64,000 nucleotides of DNA from positions 58,376 to 122,375 of the forward strand of contig JABSOZ010000015.1 of NCBI GenBank assembly GCA_013215295.1, in the 5' to 3' direction. Both the position numbers and the translations under genes were made by a program. The notes below the pieces were generated by a model. That model searched no databases, was not told where the DNA came from, and was given only the letters and a program-made list of their open reading frames with translations. Below are positions 28,744-38,618 of this stretch, one piece after another; the first letter of the stretch is position 1; each line of letters begins with the position of its first letter. The stretch is from Colwellia sp. (GTDB lineage Bacteria > Pseudomonadota > Gammaproteobacteria > Enterobacterales > Alteromonadaceae).

Positions 28744-30324
28744 ATGAGCCAAATTTCATCAAGTGCCATTATTGAATTAGCACTGAACTTAGCGGGTAGT
28801 TTAAATACTAAAGATAGATTTGACCGATTATTGGATACCGTGAGAAAAACCATTGTTTGTGATGCGGTTGCCTTGTTGTCATATCACGGAGAAATGCTTA
28901 AACCTATCGCTTTACAAGGGTTAAGCAGAGATACCTTAGGTAGGCGATTTCATGTAGCTGAGCATCCAAGATTTACAGCGTTATGTAAATCAAAATCACC
29001 TATTCGGTTTGCTGCTGATTCACCTTTACCTGATCCTTATGATGGCTTATTAATTGATCGTCCTGGAGATTTACCTGTTCATTCTTGCATGGGTTTACCG
29101 CTTTATTATGATGACAAATTATTAGGCTTGCTAACCATAGATAGTTTAACACCACATATTTTTGAAGACATTCCCGAACGTACTTTAGAAGTGATTTCAG
29201 CAATGGCTTCTGCAACACTTAATACCGCCTTTTTAATTGAACAATTAGAAAACCAGGCGGATCATTCTAAGCAGGTGGTTTCAGCGTTAACCGAAGAGGC
29301 ATGGAAACGTGATGGTGGCGAATTAATTGGCGAAAGTCAGATCATGCAAAAGCTCAAAGAAGAAATAGATATTGTTGCCCCTTCAGATTTTAACATCCTT
29401 ATCTATGGTGAAACAGGTGTGGGCAAGGAGTTAGTTGCTCGTACCCTTCATCAGAAATCTTTAAGAAAAAAAGGACCGTTGGTTTATGTTAACTGTGCAG
29501 CCTTGCCTGAAAACCTAATTGAAAGTGAGCTTTTTGGTCATGTTAAAGGGGCTTTTACAGGGGCAGATAAAAATCGAGCGGGTAAGTTTTCTTTGGCAAG
29601 CGGCGGTACCTTGTTCTTAGATGAAATAGGTGAGTTACCACTCTCGGCGCAAAGTAAAATATTGCGGGCAATACAAAGTAATGAAATTCAGCCTGTTGGC
29701 CAAGACAATGTCGAAGAGGTTGATGTTCGTATTGTTACTGCTACGAATAGAGATTTGAAAGAAGAAGTAAAAGCTGGCCGATTTCGAGCAGATTTATACC
29801 ATAGGTTAAGTGTATATCCTATCCGAGTGCCTGAATTACAAAAAAGAGTGGGTGATGTTCAATTATTGAGTGGTTATTTTGTTGAACATACAAGACAAAA
29901 GTTAGGCATACCTCAACTGAAGATAACCGCTGACGCTATTACTCATTTAGAGCAATACAGTTGGCCCGGAAATGTTCGCGAGCTAGAGCATGTGATCAGT
30001 CGAGCAGCATTAAAAGCAAGGGCACGGCAGATGGACAGAAAGATTATCTCTATCGAAAGCGCTGATTGTGGCTCTCTTAGCATGAGCAAAAACGAAAAAC
30101 TAACGGCCACAAATGTACCTGCTTTGATGAGCAGTGAATTTACTACCATTAACCTAAGAGAGGAAACCGATCGTTTTCAACGTCAGCTCATTAGACAAAC
30201 ATTAACGCAAGAAGATGGAAATTGGGCAGCAGCGGCGAGAAAATTATCTATGGACAGAGCAAACTTAAATCGCATCGCTAAGCGATTAAATATACAGGTG
30301 GTTAAATCAGTCATTGAAAATTAA
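28744..30324 (+). CDS. norR: Sigma-54-dependent NO-responsive transcriptional activator NorR (GAF + AAA+ + HTH)
   Basis: N-terminal GAF domain, Walker A GETGVGKE, sigma-54 contact loop GAFTGA and C-terminal Fis-type HTH (AAAARKLSMDRANLNRIAKRLNI). The gene is divergent from hmp. Confidence 0.88.
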   Translation: MSQISSSAIIELALNLAGSLNTKDRFDRLLDTVRKTIVCDAVALLSYHGEMLKPIALQGLSRDTLGRRFHVAEHPRFTALCKSKSPIRFAADSPLPDPYDGLLIDRPGDLPVHSCMGLPLYYDDKLLGLLTIDSLTPHIFEDIPERTLEVISAMASATLNTAFLIEQLENQADHSKQVVSALTEEAWKRDGGELIGESQIMQKLKEEIDIVAPSDFNILIYGETGVGKELVARTLHQKSLRKKGPLVYVNCAALPENLIESELFGHVKGAFTGADKNRAGKFSLASGGTLFLDEIGELPLSAQSKILRAIQSNEIQPVGQDNVEEVDVRIVTATNRDLKEEVKAGRFRADLYHRLSVYPIRVPELQKRVGDVQLLSGYFVEHTRQKLGIPQLKITADAITHLEQYSWPGNVRELEHVISRAALKARARQMDRKIISIESADCGSLSMSKNEKLTATNVPALMSSEFTTINLREETDRFQRQLIRQTLTQEDGNWAAAARKLSMDRANLNRIAKRLNIQVVKSVIEN

Positions 30325-30591
30325 CGTAAACTTGATACGTTAAAATGGCTGAAAGAGACACTTTAGACATTATCGATATTTAATGTGGATATATTGACAA
30401 GAATTCACATCAATTATGTCCATGATATTTAGAGTTTATGAAAGTATTTTTAAGGGCATGCTTGGTTGTAAAATATCTATTGTGTTACAATCAACGCATG
30501 CTGTTCAGTGTTGATTTAGTTTTTCATTTTTTACATTCAGATCACTCATTTGAATATAACTTTAACTAAATACAACTTCATTGTGTATACC

Positions 30592-31779
30592 ATGAACCAA
30601 AGTCAATCGATGCTCATATTATTGTGTAATGTAAATATTTATGCACCAACACCCTTAGGTATTAAAGATGTTCTTATTGCAGGTAATAAAATTGCTGCGA
30701 TATACGATCATGGTAAAGGGAAAGTAGCCATTCCTAAGCAATGGCCGGTTCAGGTTATTAATTTCGAAGGTGCTATTTTAACGCCGGGTTTTATTGATAG
30801 TCATGCCCACATTACGGGTGGTGGTGGTGAAGCTGGTTTTGCAACGCAAGTACCTCCTGTAGGGTTAACTGAATTTACTCATGCGGGTGTTACAACCGTT
30901 GTTGGATTACTGGGTACTGATGATACAACTCGCAGTACAGAAAACTTATTAAGCCGAGTTTATGGTTTACGTGAAGAAGGCCTATCCGCTTACTGTTGGA
31001 CGGGAGGTTATCACTTTCCTTTGACAACTATTACGGGTAGCGCAAAGTCAGATATTACTTTTCTGGAACCTGTTATAGGTATTGGCGAGTTTGCGATTAG
31101 TGATCATCGCTCTAGCCAACCAACGTTTGAAGAAGTTATTCGTTTAGCAAGTGAAGCTCATGTCGGAGGTCTACTTACCGGCAAAGCTGGTATTATTCAT
31201 TTTCACTTAGGTGATGGCGAACGACGTTTAGAACTCATTGAACGAGCCATAAAAGAAACTGAAATTCCTGCCAGAGTATTTAATCCTACTCACGTTAATC
31301 GCAACAAGCCTTTGTTTGAAGATAGCTGTAAATTATTAAGACAAGGTTGTCATATTGATTTAACCGCATTTCCTGCGGGCACAGCTCAACCGGGCTGGGA
31401 AGCCTGTGATGCAATTGAGATGGCAGTTGAAAGACAATTACCAATAGAAAAAATAACCCTCAGCTCAGATGGTGGAGGATGCTTGCCTTGTTTTGACCCA
31501 CAAGGTGAATTACAACATATGGATTTTGGTCGAGCGAGTACATTAGGAGAAACACTGGTAGCCACTTTAGATAAAGGGTTATCACTTGAAACTGTTCTGC
31601 CAATGTTAACAAGCAATGTTGCCAATATTTTACGCTTTAAAAACAAAGGGCAAATAGCCGTTGGTTTTGATGCTGATTTATTGGTAATGAATGAAAAATA
31701 TGAAATTACTGATGTCATGGCACAAGGTGTCTGGCACAAACAAAATAATCAAACAATGATTAAAGGTACATTTGAATAG
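30592..31779 (+). CDS. iadA: Isoaspartyl (beta-aspartyl) dipeptidase
   Basis: GFIDSHAHITGGGGEAGF and the amidohydrolase fold motifs match IadA. ATG at 30592 preferred over the TTG at 30550. Confidence 0.85.
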   Translation: MNQSQSMLILLCNVNIYAPTPLGIKDVLIAGNKIAAIYDHGKGKVAIPKQWPVQVINFEGAILTPGFIDSHAHITGGGGEAGFATQVPPVGLTEFTHAGVTTVVGLLGTDDTTRSTENLLSRVYGLREEGLSAYCWTGGYHFPLTTITGSAKSDITFLEPVIGIGEFAISDHRSSQPTFEEVIRLASEAHVGGLLTGKAGIIHFHLGDGERRLELIERAIKETEIPARVFNPTHVNRNKPLFEDSCKLLRQGCHIDLTAFPAGTAQPGWEACDAIEMAVERQLPIEKITLSSDGGGCLPCFDPQGELQHMDFGRASTLGETLVATLDKGLSLETVLPMLTSNVANILRFKNKGQIAVGFDADLLVMNEKYEITDVMAQGVWHKQNNQTMIKGTFE

Positions 31780-31787
31780 AGGTAAGT

Positions 31788-32612
31788 ATGTGTCCAGCAA
31801 AAACGACTGACGGTCAAAAAAGGGGATTTGTAATCCCAATTGGGGGGGCGGAAGAAAAAGTAAATGATCCAATAATTTTGCAACGTTTTGTTGAGCTATG
31901 TGGAGGAGATAATGCTTATATCGTTATCATCCCAACTGCGTCACAACTAGATGATACAGGTTCAAATTATGAAACTGTATTTCTTGAGTTAGGGGTGAAA
32001 ACAGCTATATCTTTACCAATAAATGATCGTGAACAAGCAAACAGTGAGGAATACCTTGCTGAATTAGACAATGCCACGGGAATTTTTATTACGGGTGGTA
32101 ATCAATTACGTTTGTCTACTATTCTAGGTGGAACACCTGTTGCTCAAAGCATTCGTAAACTTAATGCTGCAGGCGTACATGTTGCAGGCACATCTGCAGG
32201 AGCCGCGATTATGCCAGGGCATATGATTGCAGGCGGACGTACTGGCGCTTTACCCAATGAAGAAGGGGTAACATTTGCACCGGGTATGGGTTTAATTAAT
32301 AAGGTCATTATTGATCAGCATTTTAGTCAGCGTAATCGATTAGGACGTTTACTATCGGCCATATCATATAATCCTTTTGCCTCAGGTCTTGGCATTTGTG
32401 AAAATACAGCCGCTTTTATTGACCCTGACGGTGTTTTAGAAGTCGTTGGTCACGGTAGCATTACCGTGGTAGACCCTTCTGATTTAACCCATAGCTCAAT
32501 GGCTGATGCTAATAGAGGTGAAGCCATAACGTTACTCGGTCTAAAACTGCATGTGTTAGGCCCAGGTGCAACCTACTGTACTAACGAAAGAATAGCTAAA
32601 CCAGCAAGCTAA
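31788..32612 (+). CDS. Cyanophycinase (peptidase S51), no signal peptide, so intracellular type
   Basis: IPIGGAEEK, IIPTAS, ITGGNQLRL and GTSAGAA (catalytic Ser context). It starts 8 nt after iadA. Confidence 0.88.
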   Translation: MCPAKTTDGQKRGFVIPIGGAEEKVNDPIILQRFVELCGGDNAYIVIIPTASQLDDTGSNYETVFLELGVKTAISLPINDREQANSEEYLAELDNATGIFITGGNQLRLSTILGGTPVAQSIRKLNAAGVHVAGTSAGAAIMPGHMIAGGRTGALPNEEGVTFAPGMGLINKVIIDQHFSQRNRLGRLLSAISYNPFASGLGICENTAAFIDPDGVLEVVGHGSITVVDPSDLTHSSMADANRGEAITLLGLKLHVLGPGATYCTNERIAKPAS

Positions 32613-32638
32613 TTTTCTTCATTTAATTTACATCATTT

Positions 32639-32674
32639 AAAAGCCTGACAATTCATTAATGTCAGGCTTTTACA
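32639..32674 (+). terminator. Rho-independent terminator after cyanophycinase
   Basis: AAAGCCTGACA-N9-TGTCAGGCTTT followed by TAC ATTT. Confidence 0.6.
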
Positions 32675-32841
32675 TTTATATTTCATGGAGTTGTTTTCTT
32701 AATCTTCTATTAGACAATGTTTTTTCTCAAATTACTTGCTCTCTAATCAAACCATGTTATCTTTTCTATACGACATTTATTCCATTTATAGTCGCATTCA
32801 AATAACAAAAAATTCTCGTCAGAGTAATAAAGGAAATCACG

Positions 32842-35661
32842 ATGAAAATATTATCTTCCAACGTTTATGTTGGCCCAAATGTTTATGCTCATTTTCCAGT
32901 GATTCGCCATGTAGTAGATATAGGAATTTTGGAAAACTATCCATCAGTTAAACTCGGTGAAGAATTCATTCAAGGATTAATCACGAGTTTACCAAGTTTA
33001 GATCAACACGGCTGTTCTTACGGAGAGCCCGGTGGCTTTATTAGACGTTTAAAAGAAGACGATGGAACTTGGATTGCCCATATATGGGAACACGCAACCC
33101 TTGAACTACAATGTATCGCAGGCACAGAGGTCACTTTTGGTAAAACACGTGGCACAGGAGAAGTCGGCGAATATAATATGGTTTTCCAGTACAAGCAGCG
33201 TGACGTAGGTCTTGAAGCCGCAGCATTGGCTCGCAATTTATTAATTTCATTAATGCCTGGTAATATTCAAGCCGAACTAAACGTTAATATTGAAGACGAC
33301 TTTGACTTTCAACAGGAACTGGCTGACTTTATTCGTTTTGCCCAACGTAAAGAATTTGGTCCTAGTACACAATCGCTCGTTGATGCTGCAGAAGAACGTG
33401 ATATTCCATGGTTACGATTAAATGAATACAGCTTAGTTCAATTTGGTCATGGCAAATATCAACAACGAATTCAAGCAACTATTACCAGTGAAACCAAACA
33501 CATTGCGGTTGAGATTTCTTGTGACAAAGAAGATACACATAATTTACTAAATGATCTTGGATTACCGGTTCCTCTACAACGCATGGTGTACTCAGATTCG
33601 CAAGCTGTGAAAATGGCAAAGAGAATTGGTTACCCAGTCGTATTAAAACCTTTAGATGCTAATCATGGTCGCGGAGTCTCAATAGATTTAACTACCGAGG
33701 AGCAAGTCATCGCTGCTTTTGCCTTTGCACGTGAGCATGGCACCAGTAGAGCCGTTTTAGTGGAGTCTTTCTTAACGGGTCTAGATCACCGTATGTTGGT
33801 TGTAAATGGTGAGTTAGTTGCGGTAGCCAAACGTGTTCCCGGTCATGTGGTCGGAGATGGCATTAGTACAATCAGTAAATTGATTGACATAATTAATGAA
33901 GATCCTCGTCGAGGAGTGGGGCATGAAAAGGTATTGACTCGATTAGAGTTAGACACTCAAGCCCAACGATTATTAGAAGAAGCTAGTTTTACCAAAGAGA
34001 CCGTCTTACCCAAAGGTGAATTATTCTACTTGCGCTCAACAGCAAATTTATCAACTGGCGGTACTGCAATTGATATGACTGACGTGGTTCATCCTGACAA
34101 TAAAGCGATGGCTGAACGCGCAGTGAAATCGATTGGTTTAGATATTGGCGGCGTTGACTTTTTAACGGCGGATATTACACAATCTTATAAAGATATTGGC
34201 GGTGGTATTGTTGAAGTTAATGCCGCTCCAGGTTTTAGAATGCACGTGGCACCTAGTGAAGGTAAGCCGCGAGACGTTGCGGGTAAAGTAATGGATATGT
34301 TGTTCCCACCAACGTTACCTAAACGAATTCCTATTGCAGGTATTACGGGTACAAACGGTAAAACGACTACGTCTAGAATGTTATCTCATATATTAAAATG
34401 TGCGGGCCATGTTGTCGGAATGACATCGACGGATGGGGTTTATGTTGACGGCCAATTATCTGTTAAAGGTGATATGACCGGTCCTGTTTCATCACAAATC
34501 GTTTTACGCGATCCCTCTGTGGATATTGCTGTGTTAGAAACAGCACGAGGTGGTATTGCACGTTCTGGTCTTGGATATCGTGAATGTGATGTAGCCGCTT
34601 GTATTAATGTACAAGAAGATCACTTAGGGCAAAGAGGGATAAATACACTTGAGCAGCTTGCTGAAGTAAAAAGAATTGTCGTTGAAGTTGCTACAGACAG
34701 TGTTGTATTAAATGCAGATGATGCGCAGTGTTTAAAAATGGCTGATCATACTAAAGCTAAACATTTATGTTATGTCACGATGAATACTGGGCATAGTTTA
34801 GTGCGAGAACATATTCGAGCTGGTGGTCGTGCGGTTGTATTAGAGAAAGGTATTAATGGTGATATGATCACCATCTTTGATAATGGCACACATATTCCAT
34901 TATTATGGACGCATCTGATACCCGCCACCTTAGAAGGTAAAGCGCTACACAACGTACAAAATGCAATGTTTGCTGCTGCTTTAGCTTATTGTTTAGATAA
35001 ACCTCTAGAGGCAATACAACAAGGCTTAAGAACTTTTACTACGACCTTTTATCAAGCACCAGGAAGAATGAACGTGTTTGATGAACACGCTTTTAGAGTA
35101 ATACTCGATTACGCACACAATGCCGATGGTGTGCGTTGTATGAGCGAACTAGCCAGTAAATTAGACGTTAAAGGTAAACGTATTACCGTTTTAGCTGGCC
35201 CAGGTGATCGCCGTGATAAAGATATTGTAAATATTGCTAAAGCAGCCGCAGGGCATTTCGATATTTATATTTGTAAGGCTGATGATAATAGACGAGGACG
35301 GGAGTTTGATGAAGTACCTAAACTTTTAGTTGCCGCATTAAAAGAAGCCGGTGTTAAAGAGTCACAAATTTATGCTATTCCTGATGAAGTCGAAGCAATA
35401 AATAAAGGGCTTGAATTAGCCTCTACAGATGATTTATTGATGGTCTTTGGTGATGCTATAACACGCTGTTGGAAACAGATTATTAACTTCAATGGTGATA
35501 TTAGCGCTAAAAATGAAACAGAACAAACACCACTTCAGACGGTTGTTTCAATGTTAGAAACAACCGAACCTGATACGTTTGTTTTAGAAACCGGTATGAG
35601 AATTGTCTCTGATGATCGAGGAGTTCGTGTGGTCTCTGAGCATGATGAAGAAAGTGATTAA
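32842..35661 (+). CDS. cphA: Cyanophycin synthetase (N domain + ATP-grasp G domain + Mur-ligase-like M domain)
   Basis: 939 aa. ATP-grasp region (GYPVVLKPLDANHGRGV ... VEVNAAPG) followed by a Mur-ligase P-loop GITGTNGKTTT and DHLG. Confidence 0.92.
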   Translation: MKILSSNVYVGPNVYAHFPVIRHVVDIGILENYPSVKLGEEFIQGLITSLPSLDQHGCSYGEPGGFIRRLKEDDGTWIAHIWEHATLELQCIAGTEVTFGKTRGTGEVGEYNMVFQYKQRDVGLEAAALARNLLISLMPGNIQAELNVNIEDDFDFQQELADFIRFAQRKEFGPSTQSLVDAAEERDIPWLRLNEYSLVQFGHGKYQQRIQATITSETKHIAVEISCDKEDTHNLLNDLGLPVPLQRMVYSDSQAVKMAKRIGYPVVLKPLDANHGRGVSIDLTTEEQVIAAFAFAREHGTSRAVLVESFLTGLDHRMLVVNGELVAVAKRVPGHVVGDGISTISKLIDIINEDPRRGVGHEKVLTRLELDTQAQRLLEEASFTKETVLPKGELFYLRSTANLSTGGTAIDMTDVVHPDNKAMAERAVKSIGLDIGGVDFLTADITQSYKDIGGGIVEVNAAPGFRMHVAPSEGKPRDVAGKVMDMLFPPTLPKRIPIAGITGTNGKTTTSRMLSHILKCAGHVVGMTSTDGVYVDGQLSVKGDMTGPVSSQIVLRDPSVDIAVLETARGGIARSGLGYRECDVAACINVQEDHLGQRGINTLEQLAEVKRIVVEVATDSVVLNADDAQCLKMADHTKAKHLCYVTMNTGHSLVREHIRAGGRAVVLEKGINGDMITIFDNGTHIPLLWTHLIPATLEGKALHNVQNAMFAAALAYCLDKPLEAIQQGLRTFTTTFYQAPGRMNVFDEHAFRVILDYAHNADGVRCMSELASKLDVKGKRITVLAGPGDRRDKDIVNIAKAAAGHFDIYICKADDNRRGREFDEVPKLLVAALKEAGVKESQIYAIPDEVEAINKGLELASTDDLLMVFGDAITRCWKQIINFNGDISAKNETEQTPLQTVVSMLETTEPDTFVLETGMRIVSDDRGVRVVSEHDEESD

Positions 35662-35724
35662 ATTGTCATTCTTCAGGATCCAATAGGCGTCAAAAATTCG
35701 TACTTTGAAATGGTTTAGCAATAT

Positions 35725-37440
35725 ATGAACAAAGAAAAGATAAAACTGAGCTTAGATGATAATCGTCGGCTGACGGGTAAAAATTTATTATCAGATCAGC
35801 CTGGTGCCATCATTGATGCTTTTGTCTCTGGTATTGATAAACAAGTCGTTGTGAATGTCTGGTTAACATATGCCAGACAGTTTCTTGAAGCCGTTAATTG
35901 GTCTGATGAACAAACCTTTTTTCGAATTTTCGAAGACGGTATAACCATCGCAATCAGTGCTCCTTTGGATGCACTCTATGCAGCCTGCGACTTAAATGAA
36001 AGTGCATGGCAGCTTACCTGTGATGAACTCACGCAGACAAATAGTGAAGAATCAATTTCAGCGGCTATTGCTCGTTTAAAACAAACAATAGCTGCTGAAG
36101 TCGATCCAAAACTGCTTGAACTCATTCAGCTGTCAAAATCAAATGACATTGTCTATTTGGTTGATGATGATGAGTTTTCGTTGGGGTATGGTACTACAGC
36201 ACAAAGTTGGCCAATATCAGCATTACCTGATCCGTTAACGATAAACTGGCAGCAATATAAACCCATTCCACTTGCTTTTGTAACAGGCACAAATGGTAAG
36301 TCTACATGTGTACGAATCATGTCGAAAATTATCAAGCAAGCGGGACAATGTTGTGGTGTTACTTCCACAGATTTTATTCGAGTCGGCGATAATATTATTG
36401 ATTATGGTGATTATTCAGGTCCGGGAGGAGCAAGAATGTTATTGCGACACCCTGATACTGAAACTGCTATTTTAGAAGTCGCTAGAGGGGGGATTTTACG
36501 TAGAGGTTTACCCATTGATAACGTAGACGCAGCATTGATAACTAATATTGCAGAAGATCATTTAGGACAATATGGTATTAACACTGTTGCAGCACTTGCC
36601 CAAGCTAAAGCGGTTGTTGCTAAAGGACTGAGTAACAACAAAACTAGTGGTAAATTAGTACTCAATGCTGATGATGTTAATTTGGTTGCTTTAGCGCCTG
36701 AATTGCTCGTTACTAAATGTTGGTTTTCGTTACATGAAAATAACGAGATATTACAGCAACATAAAAAAAGTGGTGGTGCTGTTTGTTTTGTTAGAAAGCA
36801 ACATTTGGTTTATTCAGACAGTGATGAAGAATCAGTGATTATTGCCGTAAATGATATTCCCATGACGTTAAATGGCGCTGCATTGCACAATATTCAAAAT
36901 GCTCTCGGTGCTATTACTTTAGCTAAATGCCTAAACATCGATAATAAAGCAATCAAAATAGCACTATCAAATTTTGCCAGTAATATTGAGGATAATCCTG
37001 GAAGGGGTAATCAGTTTAACGTAAAAAATGCTGAAGTTATTATGGACTTCGCACACAATGTTCACAGTATGGCTGCTATGGCAGTGACTACCGCAAACAT
37101 GAAAGCGAAACGTAAATTCTTAATGTTAAGTCATGCTGGCGATCGAACCAATAATGAAATTATTGATATGACTAAAACTGCATTAAAAATGAAACCAGAT
37201 TTTATTGTTGCTGCAGAGTTGGTACCTTATCTACGAGGAAGGAAATTGGGAGAAGTACCTCAGTTAGTTGTTGATACGGCTCTCGCATTTGGCATGAAGA
37301 GAAGTGATATTTATGTTGCTGATAGTCCATATACCGGTGCTAAAAACATAGTAGACCAACTAGAAGAAAAAGATTTAGCGTTACTCATGGTTTTAGCTGA
37401 TCGAGAAGAAATTATCGAGCTTTTACTGGATAAAGCTTAA
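35725..37440 (+). CDS. CphA-related Mur-ligase-domain protein lacking the ATP-grasp domain (cphA'-like)
   Basis: 571 aa. FVTGTNGKSTCVRIM...LEVARGGILRRGL...NIAEDHLGQYGINT...DFAHN aligns by eye with the M domain of the upstream CphA. The roughly 180 N-terminal residues are unassigned, and no ATP-grasp motifs were found. Confidence 0.8.
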   Translation: MNKEKIKLSLDDNRRLTGKNLLSDQPGAIIDAFVSGIDKQVVVNVWLTYARQFLEAVNWSDEQTFFRIFEDGITIAISAPLDALYAACDLNESAWQLTCDELTQTNSEESISAAIARLKQTIAAEVDPKLLELIQLSKSNDIVYLVDDDEFSLGYGTTAQSWPISALPDPLTINWQQYKPIPLAFVTGTNGKSTCVRIMSKIIKQAGQCCGVTSTDFIRVGDNIIDYGDYSGPGGARMLLRHPDTETAILEVARGGILRRGLPIDNVDAALITNIAEDHLGQYGINTVAALAQAKAVVAKGLSNNKTSGKLVLNADDVNLVALAPELLVTKCWFSLHENNEILQQHKKSGGAVCFVRKQHLVYSDSDEESVIIAVNDIPMTLNGAALHNIQNALGAITLAKCLNIDNKAIKIALSNFASNIEDNPGRGNQFNVKNAEVIMDFAHNVHSMAAMAVTTANMKAKRKFLMLSHAGDRTNNEIIDMTKTALKMKPDFIVAAELVPYLRGRKLGEVPQLVVDTALAFGMKRSDIYVADSPYTGAKNIVDQLEEKDLALLMVLADREEIIELLLDKA

Positions 37441-37895
37441 ACGATTTAACTCGTTTAAGTGCATTAAAAAATAATTAGCAGGTTGTTATCGCCGAAATAA
37501 ACGAGCACAACTTCTAATACCCGTTGATTATATATCTGCTCATTTTTAATGGTTAAAACGAATAACTGCATCGTTATAAAATTAATAAGTAGAATGACTG
37601 TTTACTGAATTTTGTGCTTTGTATTTATCCGTTTTTACTCATGAAAAATGAGACCACATATATAATCAAATTAGTCTAATATTCCCCTCTTTATATCTAA
37701 ATCATCATTAATCAACTTTATTGTTAATCCAAATCATAATCACATTTTTTTGTAGTAATGTATAAAAAAGATATCTTTCAAAGGATATAAAACCAAATTT
37801 AATCGTTATGGCGTAAGGTTGACGTTAATGTGACGTGTCGCTGTCAAGCTATACTGGGTAAGCTATTGGGGAATTATCATTCTTTGGAATTATTT

Positions 37896-38603
37896 ATGAG
37901 TGTCTCAATAGAGAAAGTTAAAAAATTACGTAAACATAGTGGATGGTCACAAGAGAGGCTTGCTGAAATCAGTGGGCTTAGCCTGAGAACTATTCAAAGA
38001 ATTGAAACAAGTGGTAATGCTTCACTTGAATCTCAGTTAGCCATTGCAACGGCATTTAGTATTTCACCGGGTGAATTGTTAGACAATGAAAAAATTGAAA
38101 TAGGTAATGGAGGAATTAACTGGGGAGGAATTTTAGGCGTACTTTTATGTGTTTTCTTGATGATGTTTCAATTTGATTTAGGCAACACATCCTTCTTTGA
38201 TCTCTATAGCCTATTACTGGTGATCGGTCTTTCTGTTGCTATTTCATCTATTTCTATGGGGTTAAATAACACGTTAACCACGATATTACTTTTTCGTTGG
38301 GTGTTCTTCTTACCTAAAAATAAAGTGGGCATGCAAAAACACCTTCCAGATTTAAATAAATTAATCATCTATTGCCATGTATCCGGAGCGATATCGTCTT
38401 TAGTGGGGATTATTTCAGTACTAATGACACCGGATTTGTCTCAATATCACCTCCAAGCTCAGTATCCTTTAGCAGTGGGCTTAGGCGTAGCATTATTAAC
38501 ATCCTTGTATGCGGCCATGTTAGCAGAACTTATATTACGCCCTTTAAAACATCAAATTGAACGTTTGCTTATACAGCATCAAAAACGTTTAACTCACCAA
38601 TAA
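37896..38603 (+). CDS. XRE-family HTH fused to a four-TM MotA/PomA/ExbB-like membrane module
   Basis: HTH: KLRKHSGWSQERLAEISGLSLRTIQRIETSGNASLES. TM1-2 (GGILGVLLCVFLMMF...FFDLYSLLLVIGLSVAISS) and TM3-4 (SGAISSLVGIISVLM...GLGVALLTSLYAAMLAELILRPLKHQIERL) resemble the stator/ExbB channel core. ATG at 37896 preferred over the GTG at 37830. Confidence 0.6.
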   Translation: MSVSIEKVKKLRKHSGWSQERLAEISGLSLRTIQRIETSGNASLESQLAIATAFSISPGELLDNEKIEIGNGGINWGGILGVLLCVFLMMFQFDLGNTSFFDLYSLLLVIGLSVAISSISMGLNNTLTTILLFRWVFFLPKNKVGMQKHLPDLNKLIIYCHVSGAISSLVGIISVLMTPDLSQYHLQAQYPLAVGLGVALLTSLYAAMLAELILRPLKHQIERLLIQHQKRLTHQ

Positions 38604-38618
38604 CTGATAGGGATTATT

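Noticed and set aside
28490-28853. ORFs 28490..28723 (+) and 28671..28853 (-) across the hmp-norR intergenic region.
   Set aside because: They overlap the sigma-54 promoter, the NorR boxes and the norR start, which explain the sequence conservation better. Neither has a ribosome-binding site or a recognisable product.
30463-30480. GGGCATGCTTGGTTGTA upstream of iadA as a second sigma-54 promoter.
   Set aside because: The spacing between the GG and the would-be GC element is off by one, and the -12 element reads TTGT rather than TTGC. A sigma-70-like TGTTACAAT (extended -10) nearby is a simpler explanation.
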